IMG/VR virus record: IMGVR_UViG_3300045988_062617
Coordinates: 1 to 16,869 of that record
From: a virus
Reading direction: 5' to 3' (one strand)
DNA: 16,869 nucleotides
Made by a program: the position numbers and the translations under genes. Positions 5,549 to 14,141 of this stretch are shown one piece after another. Under the pieces are notes generated by a model, which saw nothing but the letters and a program-made list of their open reading frames with translations, was not told where the DNA came from and did not search any database. Within the stretch, counting starts at the first letter, position 1; each line of letters starts with the position of its first letter.

Positions 5549-5634
5549 ATTAAAAGAAGCTTGTTCTGAATATGACATACGACCATGTGATATAGGGGAA
5601 TATATTTTAGATTTAGAAAATTTAATGTAATATT

Positions 5635-5676
5635 AAAACAGAGGGAGAACTAAGTTCTTACCCTCTGTTTTATTTA
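5635..5676. terminator. Bidirectional intrinsic terminator between the converging early operon and ATPase gene
   Basis: A 12-bp interrupted stem (5639-5650 pairing with 5654-5667, with a 2-nt bulge) and a UAA loop. It is flanked by AAAA at 5635-5638 and TTTTATTT at 5668-5675, so it can terminate transcription on both strands. Confidence 0.8.
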
Positions 5677-5792
5677 TATCTATAACCCATGTGTTAATCA
5701 TTGCGTTCAGCGAAAACGACAAGTAACACAGGCTCTATAATTTCAAGAGTGCTATCCTATGTACTCAATGTTAATCGCATGAGCAGATATAC

Positions 5793-6827
5793 CTAGTAAC
5801 TAAGTGCGCTTAATGTAGCTTCTTTACACCTTAAATCTTTAAACCTAAAGCATCCACGTTCAAATAGATACCTAAGATTATTCAAAAAGAAGTCATTACG
5901 TTTTAACATAACATAATTGATTTCGTGGTCGTCAGTAGTTACACTGATTTTTAAACCAAAAGTTCTATCTGGTCTGTCATCACAGTATAAGTATCCGTTT
6001 TCAGTAAATTCCCTTATACCAAACTCACACCCTTTATATTTAAGAGTGCAAAGGTATTTATTTTTTCCAGTAGGTCTTTCAATAAAACTCTGATTATCAT
6101 TCAAATAAACACATTCACTACTATATCCAACATAACTGTCTTTCTTAAAAGCTCGATTGAAACCGCTAGTTTTCTGCGCTTCACTTGCTGATTTATTAAA
6201 TCCCTGTTCTAATACAAACCCGTCACCGCGTAAAAATTTTATATCTTTATGTAGTCTAGCACTTATTTCCATTTTTGTATAATATGGGTTGATAATACTG
6301 ACAGGGTTCGAAATCATATAAACAGGTACATAACGAACCTGTTTACCCTGTCCTCTTGCAATAGACGTATGAATACTGATAAACTTTCTTACTTCATCAG
6401 GACAGTAGTGATTAGATTCACTTTGAAATTCATCAAATTCTAGCCTAGAAATATCAGCAAATAAATGGCTGTATTTTTTCAACTGGTCTGCACTGTTTAA
6501 ACTGATAGCATACCCACAGCTTTTTTCGTCTAAGAATAACTCATGGAAGATTCCACTCGCCCGTCTTTTTGAAGTCATGGTATGTCCTGTGAAGAACAGA
6601 TTACCTATATCTTTATAGAATTTATCTACCACATTATCAAGTTCATAATTATAACGGTAAATAAGTCCAAACTTTTCGCCTTTATCAAGAAATCTGTTTA
6701 TGCACAGCCTACTGAAATAGGTTGTTTTTCCTGCACTTCGGTTTGAAGTAACCATATAGATTTCTGGTTTGTTACCGTTGATATCTAACATTGACAATAA
6801 TTTAGTGCCGTCATAATATTTTGGCAT
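5793..6827 (-). CDS. DNA encapsidation (packaging) ATPase, phi29 gp16-like, 344 aa
   Basis: Walker A is SNRSAGKT and Walker B is RLEFDEF. The start at 6827 (MPKYYDG..) lies 9 nt after AAGGAG. The track start at 6881 would lie inside the promoter region. This is the only gene on the - strand. Confidence 0.9.
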   Translation of the reverse strand: MPKYYDGTKLLSMLDINGNKPEIYMVTSNRSAGKTTYFSRLCINRFLDKGEKFGLIYRYNYELDNVVDKFYKDIGNLFFTGHTMTSKRRASGIFHELFLDEKSCGYAISLNSADQLKKYSHLFADISRLEFDEFQSESNHYCPDEVRKFISIHTSIARGQGKQVRYVPVYMISNPVSIINPYYTKMEISARLHKDIKFLRGDGFVLEQGFNKSASEAQKTSGFNRAFKKDSYVGYSSECVYLNDNQSFIERPTGKNKYLCTLKYKGCEFGIREFTENGYLYCDDRPDRTFGLKISVTTDDHEINYVMLKRNDFFLNNLRYLFERGCFRFKDLRCKEATLSALSY

Positions 6828-6852
6828 ATCAAAAAACTCCTTTCCATACTTA

Positions 6853-6881
6853 ATTATAACACACCCATTGATTTTTCGCAA
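6853..6881 (-). promoter_or_regulatory. Promoter for the packaging ATPase gene
   Basis: On the - strand: TTGCGA (6881-6876), a 17-nt spacer, then TGtTATAAT with the -10 at 6858-6853. Confidence 0.6.
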
Positions 6882-6896
6882 GTAGTGTGATATAAT
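6868..6896 (+). promoter_or_regulatory. Late-operon promoter
   Basis: TTGATT at 6868-6873, a 17-nt spacer, then TGaTATAAT with the -10 at 6891-6896. It lies 30 nt upstream of the holin ATG. Confidence 0.7.
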
Positions 6897-6926
6897 AAAA
6901 TTGAATTAAATAATAAAGGAGATACC

Positions 6927-7274
6927 ATGAAGAACTTATATCCAATCTTTGTAGCGTTAGGGTTTAACGCACTAGACGTGCTAACCGGTATCGTGTCAGC
7001 CGTAAAAAATAAAGACATTAAATCCGCTAAACTACGTGATGGTCTTTTCAAAAAAGTGGGTTTTATTTTCTGTTATTTTACGGCTTGGTTAGTTGATGAG
7101 TACGGTGGTGTTATAGGATTCAAACTAGGTGTAGAAATATTACCAGTTATTGTCCTTTATGTATGTACAACCGAGCTAGTTTCAATACTGGAAAACATAG
7201 CAAAAATTAACTCAGACCTTTTACCGGGCAAACTTATGGAACTTTTTCACATTTCAAATACCAGAAAGGAGTAA
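6927..7274 (+). CDS. Holin (TcdE-like / phage holin 4_1 family), 115 aa
   Basis: Hydrophobic segments and family-typical motifs (ALDVLTGIVSA, GLFKKVGF, ELVSILENIAKIN). Strong RBS AAAGGAG. It lies directly upstream of the endolysin gene. Confidence 0.85.
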   Translation: MKNLYPIFVALGFNALDVLTGIVSAVKNKDIKSAKLRDGLFKKVGFIFCYFTAWLVDEYGGVIGFKLGVEILPVIVLYVCTTELVSILENIAKINSDLLPGKLMELFHISNTRKE

Positions 7275-7277
7275 CAA

Positions 7278-8000
7278 ATGGGTGATATTAACAAAGCTGT
7301 TTCTTTCATGATTAACACAGCAAAGGACAATATTCATGGTTATGACCAACAGCACAGAAATGGCCCAGATTATGACTGTAGTTCACTGGTAGGGACAGCA
7401 TTATACTATGCAGGTTTCGCTGTTTCGCCATATTCATGGACTGGCAATTTAGAATCACAGTTAAGAAAAGCAGGGTTTGTAGATTGCAAAGCACCATGGA
7501 AAGCAGGTGACATTCATTTAAACAGAGGAAACCACGTATGTATGAGTATCAATGAAAGCCAGATAGTTGAAGCGTCAATTAACGAAAAAGGAACACCCAC
7601 AGGTGGTAAAACTGGTGACCAGACAGGTAAAGAAATTCAGATTACTTCCTATTATAATTATTATCTAGGATGGGATTTACACTTGAGATTTACTGGTGCA
7701 AACACAAACAACAATAAAGGCTATACTGTTAAAGAAATAGCCAGACAGGTTATTGAAGGTAAATGGGGTGTCGGTAACGAGAGAAAAAGACTCTTAGAAA
7801 AAGCAGGTTATAATTATGATGAAGTACAAAACTATGTAAATGAACTCTTTACAAAAGGTGGTTACAAGTCGAACGGTGAAGTTGCAAGAGAAGTTATCAA
7901 AGGTGTATGGGGTGTAGGAAAAGAAAGAAAAAACAGACTTGAAAAAGCAGGTTACAATTACGACGAGATTCAAAAACTCGTTAACCAGATGTTAGGATAA
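7278..8000 (+). CDS. Endolysin: N-terminal cysteine peptidoglycan hydrolase (Amidase_5 / NlpC-P60-like) plus two CW_7 cell-wall-binding repeats
   Basis: Putative catalytic residues are Cys34 (YDCSS) and His86 (GNHVCM), with a GDQTGKE motif. Two copies of the CW_7 signature are present: GKWGVGNERKRLLEKAGYNYDEVQNYVN at nt ~7722-7847 and GVWGVGKERKNRLEKAGYNYDEIQKLVN at nt ~7872-7994. Confidence 0.9.
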   Translation: MGDINKAVSFMINTAKDNIHGYDQQHRNGPDYDCSSLVGTALYYAGFAVSPYSWTGNLESQLRKAGFVDCKAPWKAGDIHLNRGNHVCMSINESQIVEASINEKGTPTGGKTGDQTGKEIQITSYYNYYLGWDLHLRFTGANTNNNKGYTVKEIARQVIEGKWGVGNERKRLLEKAGYNYDEVQNYVNELFTKGGYKSNGEVAREVIKGVWGVGKERKNRLEKAGYNYDEIQKLVNQMLG

Positions 8001-8004
8001 CAGT

Positions 8005-9087
8005 ATGCCGGACATCAATAAAGCTTATTCATGGGCAATCGAAACGTGTAATGCCCCTAACGTGGGATATAGTCAGACATATAGAAACGCCCAGACCGTA
8101 GGTGGCATTACATATTACGATTGCAGTTCTTTTATCAACTATGCACTCTTAGCAGGTGGATTTACAACACCTAATTACGCACCTAGATACAACGCTTTCA
8201 CAACTTACACACAGGCAAGTGAATTGTTAAGGTTAGGATTTACAGAAGTTGATGCAACAGGTGAGTATCTAGCAGGTGACATTGGTTTATCAAGCGGACA
8301 TACAGAAATGTGCTATAAAGGTGGTAAAGGAAAAGGCGTATTCATGGGGGCACACACAGACAATGCACCGTTAGCGCATCAAGTAAGCATAGGGTCAACG
8401 ACTGGAAATCAAGATTATGAAACGTCGTTTCCACGATTGTTCAGATATGGCGATGGTGGCGCAACTGGTTATGGGTGTAGTGCTTATGTTGTATCAGCAA
8501 TATGTGGTAATATGTGGCAGGAAAGTGGTGTAAACCCAGGAATGTGGGAAGGACAGAATGTTAGTTCATTTACGAGTTTAAATGTTGGTTTTGGACTAGG
8601 ACAATGGACAAACACTGGTGGAGATACGCATGGTAGACTTTATAAGTTACATGAATGGCTTCAAGAAAATGGGTATCAAGACGATGATGGTAACGGACAA
8701 CTTCAATATTTAATTCACGAAAATGTATGGTATTCCAGAGATGAAGCTAGTCAATATGCCACATTAACAGATTTTCTCACTTCCAGTAGTACAGATTTAG
8801 CTGAATTAACACATGCTTTCAATGTAGGGTGGGAAGGTATTCACGACCACACATGGGATTTCCGTGTGAGCTACGCAGAAAAATGTTATGAGTTTATTAC
8901 TAATCATGCTAATGACACTTCAATCAACAAATGGTTTTCAAAAAATGAGTTTTTATCAGTTGACGAAAGAGTCAGCAATGCCGTTCTTATTTACAGATTC
9001 TTGTCGTCAGGAGGTGGTGGTGGTGGAACGCACACTACAAAAAAGAAATCAATGCCAGTTTGGATGATGCTAAAATATCATTATTAA
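8005..9087 (+). CDS. Virion-associated tail lysin: N-terminal cysteine hydrolase module plus C-terminal phage-tail-lysozyme/transglycosylase-like domain
   Basis: The N-terminus is homologous to that of the endolysin (INKAYSW.., YYDCSSF, GHTEMC). The C-terminal half carries CGNMWQESGVNPGMWEG...GFGLGQWT, typical of the phage tail lysozyme family. It ends with a hexaglycine linker and a short basic/hydrophobic tail. Confidence 0.8.
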   Translation: MPDINKAYSWAIETCNAPNVGYSQTYRNAQTVGGITYYDCSSFINYALLAGGFTTPNYAPRYNAFTTYTQASELLRLGFTEVDATGEYLAGDIGLSSGHTEMCYKGGKGKGVFMGAHTDNAPLAHQVSIGSTTGNQDYETSFPRLFRYGDGGATGYGCSAYVVSAICGNMWQESGVNPGMWEGQNVSSFTSLNVGFGLGQWTNTGGDTHGRLYKLHEWLQENGYQDDDGNGQLQYLIHENVWYSRDEASQYATLTDFLTSSSTDLAELTHAFNVGWEGIHDHTWDFRVSYAEKCYEFITNHANDTSINKWFSKNEFLSVDERVSNAVLIYRFLSSGGGGGGTHTTKKKSMPVWMMLKYHY

Positions 9088-9106
9088 GTTGAAAGGAGGT
9101 GATTAA

Positions 9107-9421
9107 ATGGCAGTAAAAACTAGAGAGGAAATTCTGGAAAGTTTTAAATCAAGATTAGGAGAAAATCCTGACGATGAATCCATATCGTTTTTAGAGGACG
9201 TTACCGATACACTGGATGACTTTGAAAAAAGAGCTAACGGTGACGGTACAGACTGGAAAAGTAAGTATGAAGAAAACGATGCAAGTTGGAGAAAGAAATA
9301 CACGGAAAGATTTTTCTCAGGTGAACCAAAAACAGAGCCAAAACAAGAACCAAAACTAGAACCAAAACTAGAACCAGATAATACCCCGAGGACATTTTCA
9401 GATTTATTTAAGGAGATTTAA
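9107..9421 (+). CDS. Putative scaffolding protein, 104 aa
   Basis: A small acidic protein immediately upstream of, and abutting, the capsid gene, which is the phi29 gp7 position. It has a very strong RBS (GAAAGGAGGTG), a DWKSKYEENDASWRKKY motif and an EPKx repeat tail. Confidence 0.7.
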   Translation: MAVKTREEILESFKSRLGENPDDESISFLEDVTDTLDDFEKRANGDGTDWKSKYEENDASWRKKYTERFFSGEPKTEPKQEPKLEPKLEPDNTPRTFSDLFKEI

Positions 9422-9424
9422 AAG

Positions 9425-10834
9425 ATGGCTAGAAGAATTGCTAATAGTACGCTAAATGCGTCTACAATCGACATTATGAACGTTATCCGACAGAACGCTT
9501 CATATGATTATCAGCAGAACGTACCTGCTGTTGCAAAGGCAAGTGACATTCCTAAAGTCGGAGAAGTTATCTACGGAACACCTGCTTTCGCAAACCAGTT
9601 TATCAACGCACTTGTAAACAGGATTGCTATTGTGCGTGTCCAGTCTGCAAACTTTAACAACCCGTATTCTATTCTTAAAAAAGGGTATCTTGAGTACGGT
9701 GAAACTGTAGAAGATATTTTTGTATCAATCGCAAAAGCAGTAGACTTTAGTGCAGAAAAAGCACCAAAGAGAGAGTTCCAGAGAAGTATTCCAGATGTAC
9801 GTTCAGCTTTCCACGTAATGAACTGGCGCGTAATGTACCCAGTAACCATTCAGGACGAAGATTTAAGGCAGGCATTTCTTAGTATTGATGGTGTACAGAA
9901 CCTTATTTCTAAGATTGTTGATGCAGTTTACACAGGTGCAGAGTATGACGAGTTCCTGCTATTTAAGTACCTACTGATTAAGGCTATCAGTCATGGTAGA
10001 GTGCATCCAATCTCAATCGGTACTGGCGCAGTACTTACAGAAAGTGCAGTGCAGTTCAGAGGCACTTCTAACTTATTGCCATTCATGTCAAGTGAGTTCA
10101 ATGAAGCAGGTGTTAAAACAAACACACCAAAAGAAAGACAGGTTATTTTCATGGACGCTATGTTCAATGCACAGTATGATGTGAATGTGCTTGCAAGTGC
10201 TTTCAATATGGACAAAGCAGATTTTATGGGAAGGCTGTTCCTTATTGATAACTGGTCAGAGTTTGACAATGAACGTTTTGACATTATCAGGGCTAATTCT
10301 GATGGAATCGAAGCAGTTACTACAGAAGAACTTGCACTGATGAAAAATGTTAAAGCCGTTATCATGGATGAAAACTGGTTTCAGGTTTATGATAACAATA
10401 ACAAATTTACAGAGAAGTACGTGGCATCTGGTTTATACTGGAATTATTTCTATCACACATGGAAAACAGTTTCAAATTCACCGTTCGCAAATGCTTGTGT
10501 ATTTGTAACAGATGACGCTACAATTACATTACCTACTTCAATCACAGCGCATGTAGATGCTAAGGACGAAAGTGACATTGCTACGGTATTTACAATCAGT
10601 CCAGACTTAGATGGACAGAGTATTGAACCACGCAATGTAAACTTTATTCAGACAGAAGCGTTGACTACGGCAGGTATTGCTGTTCAGCCTTATGGTGGCA
10701 TTATGATTCCTAACAATAAGGTTAATACAGAAATTACTCTGGTAGCAGAGATTAACGGTACTAAGTACACAGCTGGTACAACTATTACTGGTGATACAAC
10801 TGTTGATACACCTATTATCTTAAATAAAGAGTAA
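9425..10834 (+). CDS. Major capsid protein (phi29 gp8-like), 469 aa
   Basis: Segments NQFINALVNRIAIVRVQSANFNNP, VLASAFNM and GLYWNYFYHTWKTVSNSPFANACVF match phi29 gp8 segments recalled from memory. The C-terminal ~100 aa are a likely Ig-like decoration domain. Confidence 0.92.
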   Translation: MARRIANSTLNASTIDIMNVIRQNASYDYQQNVPAVAKASDIPKVGEVIYGTPAFANQFINALVNRIAIVRVQSANFNNPYSILKKGYLEYGETVEDIFVSIAKAVDFSAEKAPKREFQRSIPDVRSAFHVMNWRVMYPVTIQDEDLRQAFLSIDGVQNLISKIVDAVYTGAEYDEFLLFKYLLIKAISHGRVHPISIGTGAVLTESAVQFRGTSNLLPFMSSEFNEAGVKTNTPKERQVIFMDAMFNAQYDVNVLASAFNMDKADFMGRLFLIDNWSEFDNERFDIIRANSDGIEAVTTEELALMKNVKAVIMDENWFQVYDNNNKFTEKYVASGLYWNYFYHTWKTVSNSPFANACVFVTDDATITLPTSITAHVDAKDESDIATVFTISPDLDGQSIEPRNVNFIQTEALTTAGIAVQPYGGIMIPNNKVNTEITLVAEINGTKYTAGTTITGDTTVDTPIILNKE

Positions 10835-10840
10835 TGCTAA

Positions 10841-10876
10841 GGATGTGTGGTGGTATTAAGTTTCTGCCACACATCC
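10841..10876 (+). other. Stable hairpin between the capsid and tail-knob genes (possible attenuator or mRNA stabiliser)
   Basis: GGATGTGTGG (10841-10850) pairs with CCACACATCC (10867-10876), with a 16-nt loop. No U-tract follows. Confidence 0.4.
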
Positions 10877-10894
10877 GTTAGAAAGGAATGTGTT

Positions 10895-12445
10895 ATGTAT
10901 ATATATCCTCAAACTAATATAAAGTTACTAAAAGATGTGCCACTAGATACAACATATGACCATACATTATGGTTTGACAATGCAAGTGCGCAGTTCGGTT
11001 ATTTCAGTACGTTGACAAAGTACAATATGAATAATTACAGTTATCAAAGGGTACAAAAAGGGGTAGCAAGAGTTGGTATTAAAGCTGACAGTCTTTATGA
11101 TTGCAACTACATGATGTTTCAAAATTCAGCTTATGGTAATAAGTGGTTTTATGCTTTTATCACAAGTGTTGAATATGTAAATGATGTAACATCTAACATC
11201 AGTTTTGAAATTGATGTCATGCAAACATGGCTATTTGATTGTTCACCAGATTATTGCTTTGTTGAAAGAGAACACTCGGTAAGTGACCAGATAGGTGCTA
11301 ACATTATACCAGAAAACCTTGACACTGGCGAGTATGTGTATAATGGGTATGGTAAATTAACTAAAGTTCTTGACCCATTGTGCATTATATGCATGGTGTG
11401 TGACACGGCAGAAGACCCAGACGGAACACTATATGATGGGATTTACGGTGGGTGTACATTATTTGCGTACAATGTAGATAAGAAAGGTGTTACAGCGTTA
11501 ACCAAAAAATTGCAAAGCTATAACCAAAAGCCAGATGCAATTGTAGGACTTTATATGTGCCCTGTTATTGCCACGGGTGAGACTATTCCAGATGACGGCT
11601 TACAATTACTGTTTTCAAAAGGTGCTTACGGTTTTGACATTTCCGTTCCCGCCTTAACAACAAATGTCACGCTTGACGGGTACAAACCTAAAAACAATAA
11701 ACTGTACACTTATCCGTATAACTATTTATCAGTAGAAAACGGTAAATCTACAGCCAGTTTTAGGTATGAATTTTTTAACAATTTAACTGTAGCACTTCAC
11801 GTTGATGTTCCTGTTACTATGCCTGTGCAAGTAGCATTAAGGCCAAACGGGTACAAGGGCAGTAAGGTTGGTACAACTCTTAACGGTGAATCATTGATAC
11901 TTGACGATTATCCAATGTGCAGTTGGTCTACTGATTCTTTCAAAGCATGGCTAGCACAAAATGCACTACCATTAGCAACAACAGCAACGGCAGGCGCATC
12001 TGCTCTAGGATTGTCTGCTTTAGGTGTAAGTTTTCCGCCACTAGGGGTACTAGCAGGAGTTGGAACTGTAATGAATCTTTTATCACAGGGGTATAAAGCG
12101 TCTATTATGGCTGACGTGGCAAGAGGGAATATCCATAGTGGTAACGTTGATGTTGCAAGTGGAAAGAAAACTTTTTGGGGTGGTAGGATAAGTGTAAGTC
12201 ATCAGTATGCAAGAATGATTGATGATTTCTTTACTAAGTTTGGGTACGCAACTAAGAGAGTAAAAATACCTAACCGTAACAGTAGACCACATTGGAACTA
12301 TGTAAAAACTGTTAGTGCTACAATGACAGGAAGTGTACCGTCTGATGATATGAAAAAAATTTGCAGTATCTATGATAACGGTGTAACATTCTGGAAACAT
12401 GGGTATGAAGTTGGTAGATACGACCTAGACAATAGTCCAGTGTAA
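10895..12445 (+). CDS. Tail knob / distal tube protein (phi29 gp9-like), 516 aa
   Basis: The start at ATG 10895 (MYIYPQTNIKLLKDVPLD) is preferred over the track start at 10847, which lies inside the hairpin. YMMFQNSAYGNKWFYAFITSVEYVND..FEIDVMQTWLFD closely matches phi29 gp9 recalled from memory (YIMFQNADYGNKWFYAFVT..FEIDVLQTWMFD). Confidence 0.9.
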   Translation: MYIYPQTNIKLLKDVPLDTTYDHTLWFDNASAQFGYFSTLTKYNMNNYSYQRVQKGVARVGIKADSLYDCNYMMFQNSAYGNKWFYAFITSVEYVNDVTSNISFEIDVMQTWLFDCSPDYCFVEREHSVSDQIGANIIPENLDTGEYVYNGYGKLTKVLDPLCIICMVCDTAEDPDGTLYDGIYGGCTLFAYNVDKKGVTALTKKLQSYNQKPDAIVGLYMCPVIATGETIPDDGLQLLFSKGAYGFDISVPALTTNVTLDGYKPKNNKLYTYPYNYLSVENGKSTASFRYEFFNNLTVALHVDVPVTMPVQVALRPNGYKGSKVGTTLNGESLILDDYPMCSWSTDSFKAWLAQNALPLATTATAGASALGLSALGVSFPPLGVLAGVGTVMNLLSQGYKASIMADVARGNIHSGNVDVASGKKTFWGGRISVSHQYARMIDDFFTKFGYATKRVKIPNRNSRPHWNYVKTVSATMTGSVPSDDMKKICSIYDNGVTFWKHGYEVGRYDLDNSPV

Positions 12446-12460
12446 TAAGGTGGTGATAAA

Positions 12461-13351
12461 ATGGGACGAAGAAAGCATGACATTTTTGACGAAAGTATGG
12501 TGTTGAATAACCTTACTTATCGTCAGTATTTGAACAGGTTAACAGAACTTGCAATATCCATGTTTGAGTGGAAGAACCTGCCAGATACAGTTGACGCAAG
12601 ATATCTGGAATTGCATTTATTTGAAACTGGTTGCATGGTTTATTTCAAAGACGAAGTAATAGGGGACTTATGCTTAGACTGTATCGTTCAAGGTAGACTT
12701 GATGTGTATGGAAACCCTTTGATTAGACGTGCGTACAGTGGGTACAACAATTATCAGAAGTTATTAAAATATAATAACAGTGTTATTATTTGGAATAATT
12801 ATCTACATGGTAACAGTATTCTTGATGTCGAAATGTTTGCACGGAGATTGTACAACATTGATAGAATCATTGATGTTAACGCCAATGCACAAAAAACACC
12901 AGTGCTGTTACAAGGTACTGAAAAACAAAGGCTTACTCTTTTAAACTTATATAAAGAGTATGACGGTAACTCACCTTTTATTTTTGGTGACAAGAATCTG
13001 GATATTAACTCGTTGAAAGCATTTAACACTAATGCCCCATATGTATGTGATAAACTGTACCAGTTAAAAACACAGATATGGAATGAAGCGTTAACTTATC
13101 TCGGTATCAGCAATATCAATATTCAGAAGAAAGAAAGATTGATAACTGATGAAGTTACAAGAAATCAAGGTGGCACTATTGCTAGCAGATATAGCAGGTT
13201 AGAATCACGCAGACAGGCTGTTGAAAAAATAAATGATATGTTCGGGACAAATATCGAAGTCAATTACCGTGAAGATTTTCAGCAGGTTGGTGACGATAAT
13301 CAACCAAAAGACCCCGGTGCAAAAACGATAGGTGGTGCAGGAAATGAGTAA
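12461..13351 (+). CDS. Head-tail connector / portal (upper collar, phi29 gp10-like), 296 aa
   Basis: NANAQKTPVLLQG, YDGNSPFIFG, NAPYVCDKL and NIQKKERLITDEV parallel phi29 gp10 recalled from memory (NQNAQKTPVLIRA, YEGNAPVIFA, DAPYVVDKL, NLEKKERMVTDEV). Confidence 0.92.
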   Translation: MGRRKHDIFDESMVLNNLTYRQYLNRLTELAISMFEWKNLPDTVDARYLELHLFETGCMVYFKDEVIGDLCLDCIVQGRLDVYGNPLIRRAYSGYNNYQKLLKYNNSVIIWNNYLHGNSILDVEMFARRLYNIDRIIDVNANAQKTPVLLQGTEKQRLTLLNLYKEYDGNSPFIFGDKNLDINSLKAFNTNAPYVCDKLYQLKTQIWNEALTYLGISNINIQKKERLITDEVTRNQGGTIASRYSRLESRRQAVEKINDMFGTNIEVNYREDFQQVGDDNQPKDPGAKTIGGAGNE

Positions 13352-14123
13352 ATACACAACGGAAGTTAGGTATATTTGTGAAACTGATAGTGGGTTAGAT
13401 GAAAGTGTTGGATTTAACTCGGTTGATGATGTTATATCAAAATCATGGGACAAGATTTTTACAAGTAAAGTACCATTCTTTGATGAAGATTATAGAAAAG
13501 TACTCTGTTGTAAAATCTTAAAGCACTATTATTTAAGAGAGATTTGCTGTGAAACTGTAGGCATCTGGAAGCTTTGGGTGAATACAAAGATGGAAGAAAT
13601 CATGCCTTACTATAATCAGTTATATGAAAGTGCTAAATTAAAGTTTGACCCGTTCCATGACGTTGACTTAATTAGAAAACATAACAGAACTGAAAACGAA
13701 AAAAGCACAGACAACAGAAGTGGAAATGGTAGCAGAGATGTTAATACCTCACAGGCAACAAGTAACAACAAGAATAGTAGCGCAAATGGTGAAGAAAAGA
13801 ACCTGTTCAGTGATACACCTCAAGGCGGTTTAGTTGGTGTTGATAACCAGACTTATTTAACAGACGCTAGAAAGATTAACACCACTAATAGTGGTAATGA
13901 GAGTGTAAGTGGTAATTCTACAGAGAAAACTGGAAGTACCTATAAAGACAGTGAACAGAGTAGTGGAAATGTTGACACTACAGAAGATTATATCGAAACT
14001 ATTGTAGGTAAACAAAATTCAGAAAATTACAGTTCGTTAATCATGAAATACCGTGAAACATTCTTGAATATTGATATGCAGGTTATTGAAGAATTTGACG
14101 ATTTATTTTTTGGATTGTGGTAG
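13344..14123 (+). CDS. Lower collar protein (phi29 gp11-like), 259 aa
   Basis: It sits directly after the connector gene, and its ATG at 13344 overlaps the connector stop codon (ATGAGTAA). The N-terminal SKYTTEVRYICE motif is typical of picovirus lower collar proteins. A GTG start at 13332 is possible. Confidence 0.75.
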   Translation: MSKYTTEVRYICETDSGLDESVGFNSVDDVISKSWDKIFTSKVPFFDEDYRKVLCCKILKHYYLREICCETVGIWKLWVNTKMEEIMPYYNQLYESAKLKFDPFHDVDLIRKHNRTENEKSTDNRSGNGSRDVNTSQATSNNKNSSANGEEKNLFSDTPQGGLVGVDNQTYLTDARKINTTNSGNESVSGNSTEKTGSTYKDSEQSSGNVDTTEDYIETIVGKQNSENYSSLIMKYRETFLNIDMQVIEEFDDLFFGLW

Positions 14124-14141
14124 AACAGAAAGGAGTAATAT

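Noticed and set aside
5549-5632. Open frame reading GKLKEACSEYDIRPCDIGEYILDLENLM* just after the polymerase-end relic
   Set aside because: It has no ATG, GTG or TTG start with an RBS, and it begins right after an in-frame TGA. It is possibly the decayed remnant of the gene that originally followed the polymerase gene, but it cannot be supported as a CDS.
5691-5777. Direct 8-mer repeat TGTTAATC (5693-5700 and 5769-5776), and a lone TATAAT at 5736-5741, in the ATPase 3' region
   Set aside because: An 8-mer recurring once in AT-rich DNA is within chance expectation. The TATAAT has no -35 element or TG extension at the proper spacing. No stable structure or ORF is associated with either.
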